Positions 55,594 to 64,000 of a stretch of 64,000 bases of DNA are shown here, one piece after another; the first letter of the stretch is position 1; every line of letters starts with the position of its first letter. The notes beneath the pieces were generated by a model, which was not told where the DNA came from, ran no database searches, and saw nothing but the letters and a program-made list of their open reading frames with translations. The stretch is from a virus. The translations under genes and the position numbers were made by a program. The stretch covers positions 2,802 through 66,801 of the IMG/VR virus record IMGVR_UViG_3300036939_000059; one strand, given 5' to 3'.

Positions 55594-55903
55594 CCTTGGC
55601 TATTACAAGCAGTTGCAACCTGATAGCTCAGTTAAAATCAAGAGATGCTCCCCTCACCAAGTCGTTCTGGTTCTCATCAACTCACGGTCTGAGTATGAAA
55701 GATTCCTGATTAAGCACAACCTTCCACGCGCTAACTACCGTTTCTTGCATGACCCAGTCCAACTGGTAGGTCGTGGATGGGACAATGCTTACCTTTTATG
55801 TGTTGGCGACTGGCATTTGTCACCGCTCCTTGCTCATGAAGATGGGCATCGAATACTGGATATTAGGTTCCCGTGGTGGCAAAAGAGAGCGATCACTAAT
55901 TAG
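55559..55903 (+). CDS. Hypothetical protein
   Basis: 114-aa ORF. Confidence 0.45.
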   Translation: MTQQNSFRPPCDLGYYKQLQPDSSVKIKRCSPHQVVLVLINSRSEYERFLIKHNLPRANYRFLHDPVQLVGRGWDNAYLLCVGDWHLSPLLAHEDGHRILDIRFPWWQKRAITN

Positions 55904-55950
55904 CTGAAACGACCTGAGCAGGAGATAAACGCGACGTATCGCGGTTTTGC

Positions 55951-56319
55951 TTGGAGGTAATTGCAATGAATGCCAATCAAATTAGACAAAAACTGTTTTT
56001 GACAAACCCTGAACCTGATTTGGTTGAGGCGTGCGATCGCGCATTAGCAACTGGGTGTATTTTAAAAACTGACGAGTGCCCCGTGTTAGACGCAAACGGC
56101 AATCCACTGGAAAAAGAAACAATTTACCGCTACCGAGACAAGCTCATTAAAGTTCGGAGTTGGGAGTTTGGCGCGGGGAATATGCTCGATAGGTATTACC
56201 GCATCTTTTATACCGATAACGACTTGAATGATACATTCTTGGTGGTCAATGCTAGATACCCGCTGGGAGTGTTCGCTGGCGCGGTCTATCCCTCAATCCT
56301 GGTGAGCGTGAAAGTATAG
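55951..56319 (+). CDS. Hypothetical protein
   Basis: GGAGG RBS before the internal ATG. Confidence 0.55.
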   Translation: MEVIAMNANQIRQKLFLTNPEPDLVEACDRALATGCILKTDECPVLDANGNPLEKETIYRYRDKLIKVRSWEFGAGNMLDRYYRIFYTDNDLNDTFLVVNARYPLGVFAGAVYPSILVSVKV

Positions 56320-56330
56320 CCCCTCTCTAG

Positions 56331-56395
56331 AAACCTTTTTTTGTCCTAGGCATAAACCTACAGAAAAATTGGAAGCCCCTCTCATTTTTCTGGCA
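56331..56395. repeat. About 66-bp dispersed repeat, copy 2
   Basis: Aligns with 22853-22918. Confidence 0.8.
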
Positions 56396-56444
56396 GGAAA
56401 TCCAGGATTAATTTTAGTTTTACGGGAACGAGTGTTCGCTTGTA

Positions 56445-56843
56445 ATGTATAGAGATGCCCTCTCTTCACTGACAAAAATGCCAAGAGACAACGAAGCAAT
56501 TATTAAATTACTGCACCAAACACAGACGACTGATCGAGAGTTGCTAAAGCGACTAATTGAAGCAGAAGCAAGTCATCAAACCTTAGGGATGGTGGTTGAG
56601 CGCCTAAGATTGTCAGAGGATGCTATCAACTGGATGGGAGAAGAACAGCGCGAGAGAACTCCGTTCCCTTCTGGGTTGATCGGTGGTGCTGTGGCTTGTA
56701 GACCTAGCTTGAGTAGCATTCCGGTTCCAGGGGAATATCGCTTCAGTGACGTGGAAGTAGAGGGAGCTAAGCGTTTGCTTGAAGAAATATCTTTAAAGCG
56801 CGAAACCCTGCAAGTGAATAACACTGAGCCTAGAGAAGATTAA
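56445..56843 (+). CDS. Hypothetical protein
   Basis: 132-aa ORF followed by a HIP1-based hairpin (56857-56903). Confidence 0.5.
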   Translation: MYRDALSSLTKMPRDNEAIIKLLHQTQTTDRELLKRLIEAEASHQTLGMVVERLRLSEDAINWMGEEQRERTPFPSGLIGGAVACRPSLSSIPVPGEYRFSDVEVEGAKRLLEEISLKRETLQVNNTEPRED

Positions 56844-56944
56844 CGTCTCTTTTGATAACAGTAGAGGCGATCGCCCCAATTAAGAGCGATCGCCTCTGTT
56901 GTTGATATACCAACTATGCTTGCCATAACCGCGACGCATCGCGG

Positions 56945-57361
56945 TTATCTCTTTCCCTTCTGTATAGCCCCCTTGACTACACGCTTCTCAATCACAACCT
57001 TCTCCGTCTCAATCTCAACGGAAAACATCCGTGATTCGTGGTGAAATATCCAAGCCCTGAAGTCTTGAAATAGCCACTCCTCCTCTGCGTTGAGCAAAGG
57101 TTTACCGTGTTTGCGGCTGTCGTAAACAACTTGACCGCTAGGATTGACGTACCAATAATCAATAAAATTTATCCCGCTTTCCAGTCGCCTTTGGTAGTTC
57201 AATATCCAAACTTTCCCAAGGTAGGTTCGGTGGGTGCAAGTATGTACCTCGGACTGGTAGACGGGATTTCCGCCTTCACTAACTGTTACTGTCATTATTT
57301 TTCCCCTGAATTGCCCGTCTAATAAAACCTCTCCAAGCAGGCTCTTTTTCTCCTCTAGCAT
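56945..57361 (-). CDS. Hypothetical protein
   Basis: 138-aa ORF. Confidence 0.5.
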   Translation of the reverse strand: MLEEKKSLLGEVLLDGQFRGKIMTVTVSEGGNPVYQSEVHTCTHRTYLGKVWILNYQRRLESGINFIDYWYVNPSGQVVYDSRKHGKPLLNAEEEWLFQDFRAWIFHHESRMFSVEIETEKVVIEKRVVKGAIQKGKR

Positions 57362-58697
57362 TCCGCTGTGTCAGATGAAGGTGTGCTCCTCCGTCTATTC
57401 CGGTGTTACCTGATCGCATTTCTTTGGTCTTCTCGTTGCAACTTGACAAGTGCAAATAGTCGAACGATTTTCCTAGTGAAGGAGCGTCAAAGCTAGCAAC
57501 ATTGCCCCCGCCATTCTTATCCCACCAGCATCGGAAGTTTTTAGCTTCTGCGATCGCATACACAGGAGTTCCTTCTGGTAATCCAACATCCGTCCCTCGG
57601 TGGTATGTGCTGGCTCCTGCTGGGAGGTTCGCCCCTTTACGATTCCCCCAAGGGGATGTCACCTCATACCCTGCAATCTTCTCCCCTTTGGCTGGCGTAG
57701 ATTTGTCTTCTGCTGTCCAATCGTTCAATTCCGACTCCTGCTCTTCAAATAGAACAGGATTACTGTTCAATACGCTTCCTGCTGAATTCAATTTCCGTTC
57801 TGTAGAATCAACGCTGAATTCAAGTGAGACGCTGTTGATACCCTTAATGTCGCCATTGAGAATCGCGATCGCTCTACTTCGATGTTCCCGATTCATTCTC
57901 TCGACCGCACTATCTAAAGTGTGATAGCCATCCGAGATACTTCCACGGGCGTAAGGATGTCCAGCAAAGACGGTGGAGTAAAGTTGCTTGAGAGTTCCAC
58001 CCTTGGGGAAGCCTCTCTTCACTAGATACTTTCCTACATAGTCGAGCTGCTCGGTTGCCGACATACGAGCCAGTTCCTTTACAGTGGCTCCCAACTCGGC
58101 TGCGGTTGCGGGCATAAATTGAATAAGTCCCACGGCTCTCCCCTGCCCCGGCACATATGGTCCACGTTGAGAAGGAGAAAGAGTTCCTGCTGACTCAAAG
58201 CTCATCAGAGTAAGCAGGTCTACTGGGTCAGCGCCAATGTTGGCAGCTACCTGTCTAACCTTGTCGGCAAAGTTTAGCTCTGAGCCTTGGCGTTCAAATA
58301 GAACGGGATTGCCGTTCAATACGCTATCCACTGAATTCAGTTTCCGTTCTGTGGAATCGATATTGAATTCAATAGCTACCCCCTTTGAACCTAGGTTGAA
58401 TGGCGTGGAATCGTTGTTGTACGACGTGGAACGGGAATTGAACGAGCCTGAATTCAACGAGAGTAATAGAGCAAGAGCGGCAGCTACACCTCCAGAAGCC
58501 AGTGTCGTAGCTAACTGCTGTTTCTGTTTGGGGGAGAGGAGGTGATTGTATTCCTTGAGAAGTTGGTAGTACTCCTGCTCTAATTCATGGGCTAAAGCCT
58601 GAAGCTGCTCGACCTCTTCAATGAGGCTTAGCTGGTTGAGTCGTTGCTTGACTGCTTTGCGGTTGACTAGAGTAGCTGTAAACATAAAGACCTCCAA
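57279..58697 (-). CDS. Membrane-anchored lytic transglycosylase plus M23 peptidase
   Basis: TM helix; LMSFES..AVGLIQFMPATA (SLT); HRGTDVG..YLHLS..GAHLH (M23 HxxxD, HxH). Confidence 0.85.
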   Translation of the reverse strand: MEVFMFTATLVNRKAVKQRLNQLSLIEEVEQLQALAHELEQEYYQLLKEYNHLLSPKQKQQLATTLASGGVAAALALLLSLNSGSFNSRSTSYNNDSTPFNLGSKGVAIEFNIDSTERKLNSVDSVLNGNPVLFERQGSELNFADKVRQVAANIGADPVDLLTLMSFESAGTLSPSQRGPYVPGQGRAVGLIQFMPATAAELGATVKELARMSATEQLDYVGKYLVKRGFPKGGTLKQLYSTVFAGHPYARGSISDGYHTLDSAVERMNREHRSRAIAILNGDIKGINSVSLEFSVDSTERKLNSAGSVLNSNPVLFEEQESELNDWTAEDKSTPAKGEKIAGYEVTSPWGNRKGANLPAGASTYHRGTDVGLPEGTPVYAIAEAKNFRCWWDKNGGGNVASFDAPSLGKSFDYLHLSSCNEKTKEMRSGNTGIDGGAHLHLTQRNARGEKEPAWRGFIRRAIQGKNNDSNS

Positions 58698-59040
58698 CTA
58701 GAAGTAGTGAAACTGAGGCGAAGTGAAGCCAGAACGTGCGGGAGCTGAGAATAACTTTCCATGCCGCAGCGGGTTTTGAGGTCTGGCTTTGAACCTTGGA
58801 GAGCTTCACCCTAGTGGCTTCAAGCAAGCGGCGGGTAAGCTCTAGCTCTGAGTAGCCTTGGTCTAGCAGTTGCTTAAAATCAGCGCTGGTTGAGCAATCG
58901 TATTCTTGGGAAAGCGCTTGGACGTTTTGATATTCCTCCCACTCCAGGTTGGATTGGGAATAAAGAATAGAGGGGTCTTGCATGGATTTTATTAATTGAC
59001 TCCATCCCCCCATCCCGTAAGGATGGGTAGGTGCAGGCAA
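58618..59040 (-). CDS. Hypothetical protein with C-terminal TM helix
   Basis: FWLHFASVSLLLVGGLYVYSY. Confidence 0.55.
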   Translation of the reverse strand: MPAPTHPYGMGGWSQLIKSMQDPSILYSQSNLEWEEYQNVQALSQEYDCSTSADFKQLLDQGYSELELTRRLLEATRVKLSKVQSQTSKPAAAWKVILSSRTFWLHFASVSLLLVGGLYVYSYSSQPQSSQATTQPAKPH

Positions 59041-60213
59041 TTAAATCAGGGACTTAGCTACCATCTGTTGGCAGAACAAATGCTGAGAAAGAGCTGAGGC
59101 AATCCGAGAGGGATGGATGAGGTTGGTTGAATACCCACCATCAGTAAAGAGCTTCTGTAACCCTTCTTTGAAAAAGTCGCACATCCCGCCGACAAGGTGA
59201 ACATCATCAATGTCTACGTCAGGGAACCAGTCGAGAATTTCATTTACGACCTGACCCAAAAACTTAGGCTTCAAGTCGGTAACGTACTTGGCAAGCGGAA
59301 CTTTACGCAGTCCAGTTGCTGTTTTGTACTGGAAGAATTCATCGCCGTTCGCGATCGCCTGAATCAGTCGCGGGGAATTTTTGCTAGGAATTTGCAGGTC
59401 TGGGTGATTGGCGACCATCTCGGCAAACTGGTACATTCCAGCGGGAAGAGAAACGGAGGCCGTGGGATTGAATTCGATACTATCTGAACGCTTGTTGTAT
59501 TCAAGTAACGTACAATCCAGCGTCCAGTGTCCACCATCCAATACAACGCCTTTACGACCAGAGAACTTGGCACCTTGGCGCTGTGCTAAGTACAAGGGAG
59601 CGGCTCCTTCAGGGAGGACGTAGACTTGCTCAGGGTAGATGAAGTAATCCTCACCAAAAGCGTGAATCTCTAACTTTTGCTCTTGGTAAGTGGAAACCAG
59701 TTTGTCACGCTCCTGCTTGAACTTCTTAGAGTAAGGAATGGAAAAACACGCCGCCACGCTTCCCCGAATGCCCAACATGATGCAAGCCGCAGCAAGCTTT
59801 ACTCCAGCGTAGTCAAGCTTGCTTAGTCCTGGGGTTAGCACAGCCCCTGCATCGATCGCCGCTTGTCCAACCAAGTACCCCTTACCCTGAAAGATAAATT
59901 TCAGGTTATTCTCTATTTCCAGCTTGCCGTTGCCCAAGTCACTCTCAAGCTCTATATCTCGGCATTCATCAGCCTCGACCTCTTTAACCGGAGAAGGTAG
60001 GCAAACCACTTGCTCACTATCCGAGAGGTCTTCACCTATTGCCCCACGAGTTCCAGTTGTGCCCATGTCCAAACCCAAGCAAGGGAATGGCAGTTCGACA
60101 ACACGGGTTAGCGCGGGCGGTCTTGAAGCCGTTTTTGCCTTCCCGTTTCCACTGCTCCGGGTAGCTAAAGCTTCAGCCGTGGGGGATTCCATCAACTCGT
60201 TCTCAAACTCAGT
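59041..60213 (-). CDS. ParM/StbA-like actin-family ATPase
   Basis: Phosphate-1 LGLDMGTT, connect-1 VLPEGAA, phosphate-2 VLDGGHWTLD, adenosine LVGG; start moved to ATG 60213. Confidence 0.88.
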   Translation of the reverse strand, partial: TEFENELMESPTAEALATRSSGNGKAKTASRPPALTRVVELPFPCLGLDMGTTGTRGAIGEDLSDSEQVVCLPSPVKEVEADECRDIELESDLGNGKLEIENNLKFIFQGKGYLVGQAAIDAGAVLTPGLSKLDYAGVKLAAACIMLGIRGSVAACFSIPYSKKFKQERDKLVSTYQEQKLEIHAFGEDYFIYPEQVYVLPEGAAPLYLAQRQGAKFSGRKGVVLDGGHWTLDCTLLEYNKRSDSIEFNPTASVSLPAGMYQFAEMVANHPDLQIPSKNSPRLIQAIANGDEFFQYKTATGLRKVPLAKYVTDLKPKFLGQVVNEILDWFPDVDIDDVHLVGGMCDFFKEGLQKLFTDGGYSTNLIHPSRIASALSQHLFCQQMVAKSLI

Positions 60214-60259
60214 CATATATTTCCCTATCTGTTTCAATGTTGGATGTGGTCTAGGCAGT

Positions 60260-61069
60260 CTAGTCTTCGATTTCCGGTGACTCTTCATCAAGAATCTCGT
60301 CCATCTGGTTAAAACCTTCCGCAAGAGATTCCTCACCTGCAAGGCGAAGTGTTTTCCCTCGCTCATACATCTGCTGTAGGTAGGCTTTCTCCCTCTTGGT
60401 CGCCTTTGTTTCAAAACGGCTCCTCCACCCCTGCACTTTGTTAATCCGCCCCACCTCGCTCCCTGACAAGTCCTGTACTTCCGGCACAGAAGTTGTCGGC
60501 TGCCTGAGTACTAAAGTGGATGTCTGCGAACTACTCCACTCGGTCACCCGCGTCTGCTGGACTATCTTCCACGCCGACCAGTCTCTAGGTTTTGATGGGT
60601 TAGGGGCGGACTGGCTGATAAAAACTCCCGCCTCTGAATCAAACTCGTTGATTATCCGAACCGCTGTTAATTCTCCTTGGAAGTGCGATCGCATCTCTTC
60701 TGGGACGGGACGCTGAGAACGAACTACCGTTTGCTCTTGGGTGAAGTCTTGAATTTTAATCAGCTCATAGAGGAGAGTAGGACGGAATAACCCGGTTTCT
60801 GGGTCTATCAAATACCAAGAAGCTATCTCCCCTAACTGCTCTCTAAGCTTGCCGTACCAGTTGCTGGCGTTCTTGTTGTGCTTTGCTCCTCCTAACCACC
60901 CAGACGCTATTTGTATCCATTTTTGGTAATAGCTAGGGTCATCAGGAATGTTGTACACCCACCTCTCCCGTGGCGATAGTTCAGGGTTGAAAGGTCTTAA
61001 TCTTTCGCTGCTCTGTACTACCTGAATAAGCTGGGGTTCAACATCAATTACATCTGTGTCTTGTTCCAT
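60260..61069 (-). CDS. Hypothetical protein upstream of the actin homolog
   Basis: 269-aa ORF, same strand, 46 nt from the actin start. Confidence 0.6.
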   Translation of the reverse strand: MEQDTDVIDVEPQLIQVVQSSERLRPFNPELSPRERWVYNIPDDPSYYQKWIQIASGWLGGAKHNKNASNWYGKLREQLGEIASWYLIDPETGLFRPTLLYELIKIQDFTQEQTVVRSQRPVPEEMRSHFQGELTAVRIINEFDSEAGVFISQSAPNPSKPRDWSAWKIVQQTRVTEWSSSQTSTLVLRQPTTSVPEVQDLSGSEVGRINKVQGWRSRFETKATKREKAYLQQMYERGKTLRLAGEESLAEGFNQMDEILDEESPEIED

Positions 61070-61120
61070 GTTTGATGATGCTTACTACTTGATTGACTCC
61101 TCGTTCACACTCCGCACTCA

Positions 61121-61339
61121 TCACTCACACTCTGCATCTATACACCCAGTACGGCTCTCAATCTCGGCTTCTATAAACCCCTTCGCCGCAGCGAGCGTTA
61201 CAAACACGGGGTTTGAATAGCGCTCTCGTTGGTCACCATCACGCCAAACTCGAAATCCGGCTTTTGGGTGACGCTCCATTGAGAATCCGTTGTCGTTCGC
61301 GAGTTTGCGAATCTGGGCAAACGTGTATCGCTGCGTCAT
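61121..61339 (-). CDS. Hypothetical protein
   Basis: AAGGAGG RBS. Confidence 0.6.
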   Translation of the reverse strand: MTQRYTFAQIRKLANDNGFSMERHPKAGFRVWRDGDQRERYSNPVFVTLAAAKGFIEAEIESRTGCIDAECE

Positions 61340-61515
61340 ACGCCTCCTTTATCAATCGCGGCTTCTAACTTTTCTAGTTGCACTTGATCGCTTAACCTTT
61401 GCACGCCGCGATACCAAATTCGATAGGCGATATTTACGATTTCGGAAGAGATTCCGAGTTCGATTAACTGCGATCGGTATGCTTGCAATTGGGCAATTCG
61501 TCCTGTGGTTTTCAT
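61336..61515 (-). CDS. Small hypothetical protein, 59 aa (not in ORF track)
   Basis: Hand-translated MKTTGRIAQLQAYRSQLIELGISSEIVNIAYRIW..GGV*; ATGA-coupled to 61121-61339. Confidence 0.5.
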   Translation of the reverse strand: MKTTGRIAQLQAYRSQLIELGISSEIVNIAYRIWYRGVQRLSDQVQLEKLEAAIDKGGV

Positions 61516-62027
61516 GAATCTTCCCTATCTAATCGGTCAAGTGCTTGCTGCGAAAGAAGCTCGGCCATCGCTTGATCGGCTAAATCCGCATAATTGTCGC
61601 GAAAATTAACCAAGGGTTGAATTGATGCAACTTGCTGACTATCCCCGCTAGCCTCGGCTTCCGCTAATAGTTCATCAACCTTTTCCGAAAACTCATCGAA
61701 AGGTGGTTTTTCATGTGACTTTTTTTGGGTAATGCGATCTGGAAGTAGCAGTTACCTGCCGCTTCCTCTGCTGTCTTCAGGATGCAAAAAGTTAACCTCC
61801 TTAAGTAAGGAAGTAATCACTTACTGCCTTGAACAAGTAAGTAATGCAGCGGCTAGCAAACACGGGCACTAGCCACTGCTTTTTATTCGTGATAGCTTTA
61901 ACTATATCGCACAGTACACACTGTGCGTCAATAACAAGCAATCAAATTAACTAGTGCATCACTTAAACCTTGATTACAGGGAGGTCGGAAGATTTGTACA
62001 AAAATAAGGCAATGGTGCTTAATCCAA

Positions 62028-62738
62028 ATGAGAAAATTAGCAGGCAACCTAGCTCAGGACTTGCTTATGAAAGAACAGCAGGTCGCTCTATTTGCCCACT
62101 TGCGATCACGCATTGAGTCGAAGAGCGATGAAGCTTTGACCAGTTATTTGAATTCAAGACTGCCCTCTGGCTCTAAATTTACCCGCGACTCTGTGCGTCG
62201 TTGGGCGAGTGGGTTGCAGGTCATCAGCAAGCCCAACCAAATTAAACTGGCTCAAGCGCTTTCATGCTCCCATGAAACTTTAAGCAGGTACTTTAAGCAG
62301 GAAACACCCCAAGAAGAGTTCTTCACTCTAATCGACACCTTGGAACCTGTCGCCCCAACTCAAACAGAGGCGGAGAGGTTCGACCAAGCCGTCACCTTAG
62401 TACAGGGGTTCTCCTTGCCTATGCTGGGGAGAATGTTTGCCGTGATTGGGGAGTTATTCGCTGAGCGCTGGAACGAGTTTGCCACAAGCCCTAGTTCACC
62501 CCCACCGCAGACTACATTCAGCTCAATGGTTCAAGACTGTCTAGATGAATGTATTGAGCAGCTAGAGGGGGGAATCACTGAAGCGAGGCTGCGTGCGATC
62601 GCCCTTGGAGAGAAGCCCACTGTACACGAGGTAGAACTGCTATCAACAGTTCTCCCAGCGACCCTAGAAGAATTAGAAGAGTTGTATCGCAAGGAGCATG
62701 AAAATGGACATCGTCATGGGTGTCAACACCCTAATTAG
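62028..62738 (+). CDS. HTH-containing regulator (repressor-like)
   Basis: FTRDSVRRWASG..IKLAQALSCSHETL; second HTH-like segment ITEARLRAIALGEKP. Confidence 0.6.
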   Translation: MRKLAGNLAQDLLMKEQQVALFAHLRSRIESKSDEALTSYLNSRLPSGSKFTRDSVRRWASGLQVISKPNQIKLAQALSCSHETLSRYFKQETPQEEFFTLIDTLEPVAPTQTEAERFDQAVTLVQGFSLPMLGRMFAVIGELFAERWNEFATSPSSPPPQTTFSSMVQDCLDECIEQLEGGITEARLRAIALGEKPTVHEVELLSTVLPATLEELEELYRKEHENGHRHGCQHPN

Positions 62739-63435
62739 CTGCCAGCGCTGGAGAGAGTTCGCCGAAGCGTGTGAGCTGGACTACCCCGGCAGCTTCTGGA
62801 AAGACTGCGCCCACATCTTTGCGCCAGATCGCAGGTCAGCCAATGTATTAGCGAGGAAAAAGGGGGATGAACTAGCAGTCGCCGCTTACAAATTTCGGCG
62901 TAAGCTAGTCCGTATCTTCTGGTCGATGTCGGAGGCTGATAGACCTATTCCGATTCGACCGAAAGCAAGCTCAAAAGTATGCCAAACAGGAGGCAATTTT
63001 AGCATGAACACCTCAACCGAACTGCAAATCCCGAACGGTATTTGGATGGGCGGAAGGATAGAACTAACCAAGCCCCTCTATAACGCCCTAGGCGAGATGA
63101 TCGACAGCGACAAACCTCAAGGTTTAGTCACAGCTAGCGACTCGATCCAGTTCTGGCTTAACCCTGCCGCTGTAGAGCTTTTTCAGCTCCCCTCCCTTGA
63201 AGCGGCAGTGCCCAGAGACACGACCCGCGACTGGCTCCCATCTGACTTGGAACGCAAACGCCAAATGATTCGCGACGCCGGGGAACGGGCTTTCGAGATT
63301 GAATACACCAGTCTCGTTGGTGATGGAACTTGGAAGCGGTTAGTAAACAGCTATCGGTTAATCGACAACCGTTACCTGATCGGCATGAACATTTCTTCTG
63401 AGTCCGTCCAAGCCCCAGCAGGTGTTGGAAACTAA
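62698..63435 (+). CDS. PAS-fold protein (core begins near MNTSTEL)
   Basis: GLVTASD..FWLNPAAVELF..EIEYTSLVGDGTWKRL..YRLI. Confidence 0.55.
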   Translation: MKMDIVMGVNTLISCQRWREFAEACELDYPGSFWKDCAHIFAPDRRSANVLARKKGDELAVAAYKFRRKLVRIFWSMSEADRPIPIRPKASSKVCQTGGNFSMNTSTELQIPNGIWMGGRIELTKPLYNALGEMIDSDKPQGLVTASDSIQFWLNPAAVELFQLPSLEAAVPRDTTRDWLPSDLERKRQMIRDAGERAFEIEYTSLVGDGTWKRLVNSYRLIDNRYLIGMNISSESVQAPAGVGN

Positions 63436-63537
63436 AACCGCGACGCATCGCGGTTATCTCAAAAAAAAGCGATCGCACCCATTAAAGTAGCGATCGCTTT
63501 TTGTTTTTCCGTACCTTAGGGCAATTTTTGTGTGTGG

Positions 63538-63747
63538 CTAGTTTTCCACTGCGTCTAAACTCATACCAATCCGCTTGTCGATGCAGCTTATCCAGTCATT
63601 CAACTCAGGATCAAATTGAGCAAGCTCTAAGATCGCGCTCATGCGTTCAGCATTTTCATCTGTCAACGTCTCAAGAGAAGCTAGCCTAGTGTATTCGTCA
63701 ACAAATTCTTGCAAAGCTGGATGCGCTTCTGGCGGTTTTGACTTCAT
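63538..63747 (-). CDS. Hypothetical protein
   Basis: 69-aa acidic ORF followed by a HIP1-based hairpin (about 63461-63505). Confidence 0.5.
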   Translation of the reverse strand: MKSKPPEAHPALQEFVDEYTRLASLETLTDENAERMSAILELAQFDPELNDWISCIDKRIGMSLDAVEN

Positions 63748-64000
63748 CTTTATTTATTGAACTCTTCACCAAGGAATGTTTTTGAGCGAGAAAACGTGAC
63801 TGAATTTCCGCGCTATTTTCTCATTGGTCTAGCTGTCGCTGGGTTTAAAATCCGCGAATTAGGTATTGGCTTGGGTATTGACCGAACCATCTTCATCCAC
63901 TCAGGGCGACCAAACACATAATGAGTGTTGTCGTTCCAGATAACCAGGTCGTTTTTCCCGTCAGAGCCTTGGTACAAATCATCCGATAACTCACCAGGAG

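Noticed and set aside
60214-60414. 67-aa N-terminal extension of the actin-like ORF
   Set aside because: It overlaps the upstream gene and has no family features; ATG 60213 is more plausible.
57279-61069. Conjugation (T4SS) module suggested by the transglycosylase
   Set aside because: No VirB4, coupling protein, relaxase or pilin genes are recognisable in the window.
61512-61750. Open minus-strand frame ending at 61512 (acidic, ATGA-coupled to 61336-61515)
   Set aside because: An in-frame TAA lies upstream and no convincing start codon was found; it may be a real gene with a non-canonical start but is unsupported.
681-63689. Many short alternative-frame or antisense ORFs in the track (e.g. 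1802-2089, 2376-2690, 10304-10744, 18234-18850, 31095-31508, 36275-37626, 59197-60716)
   Set aside because: They are shadows of well-supported genes, with no motifs, RBS or operon coupling, unlike the three dual-coding cases reported.

Overview
The whole window reads as part of a large temperate phage (or excised prophage) of a cyanobacterium; the HIP1 octamer GCGATCGC occurs dozens of times. Modules in order: lysis (0-2 kb); early, regulatory and replication genes with an iteron origin, Dam, AlkB, ASCH and a C5 methyltransferase (2-18 kb); a tyrosine integrase beside an attP-like core matching the 3' half of tRNA-His (18-19.4 kb); mixed accessory and virion genes (19.4-32 kb); intein-containing large terminase, portal and major capsid (32-44 kb); an HNH-invaded region and tail-like genes (44-52 kb); small genes, a transglycosylase/M23 enzyme and a ParM-like actin (52-64 kb). 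The most striking find is at 27.7-29.2 kb: a stand-alone Cas7/RAMP-like gene, a partner gene, and a non-coding array of four units. Each unit is a strict 5-nt-periodic tract (variable NN plus near-constant C-[A/T/G]-C) closed by a hairpin. This looks like a compact RNA-guided system using a gapped dinucleotide code rather than CRISPR spacers. Also notable: a C5 methyltransferase whose missing motif IX appears in an overlapping 794-aa frame, an intein carrying an out-of-frame HNH gene, and several DNA repeat families. All family calls come from motif recognition by eye; no database search was run.
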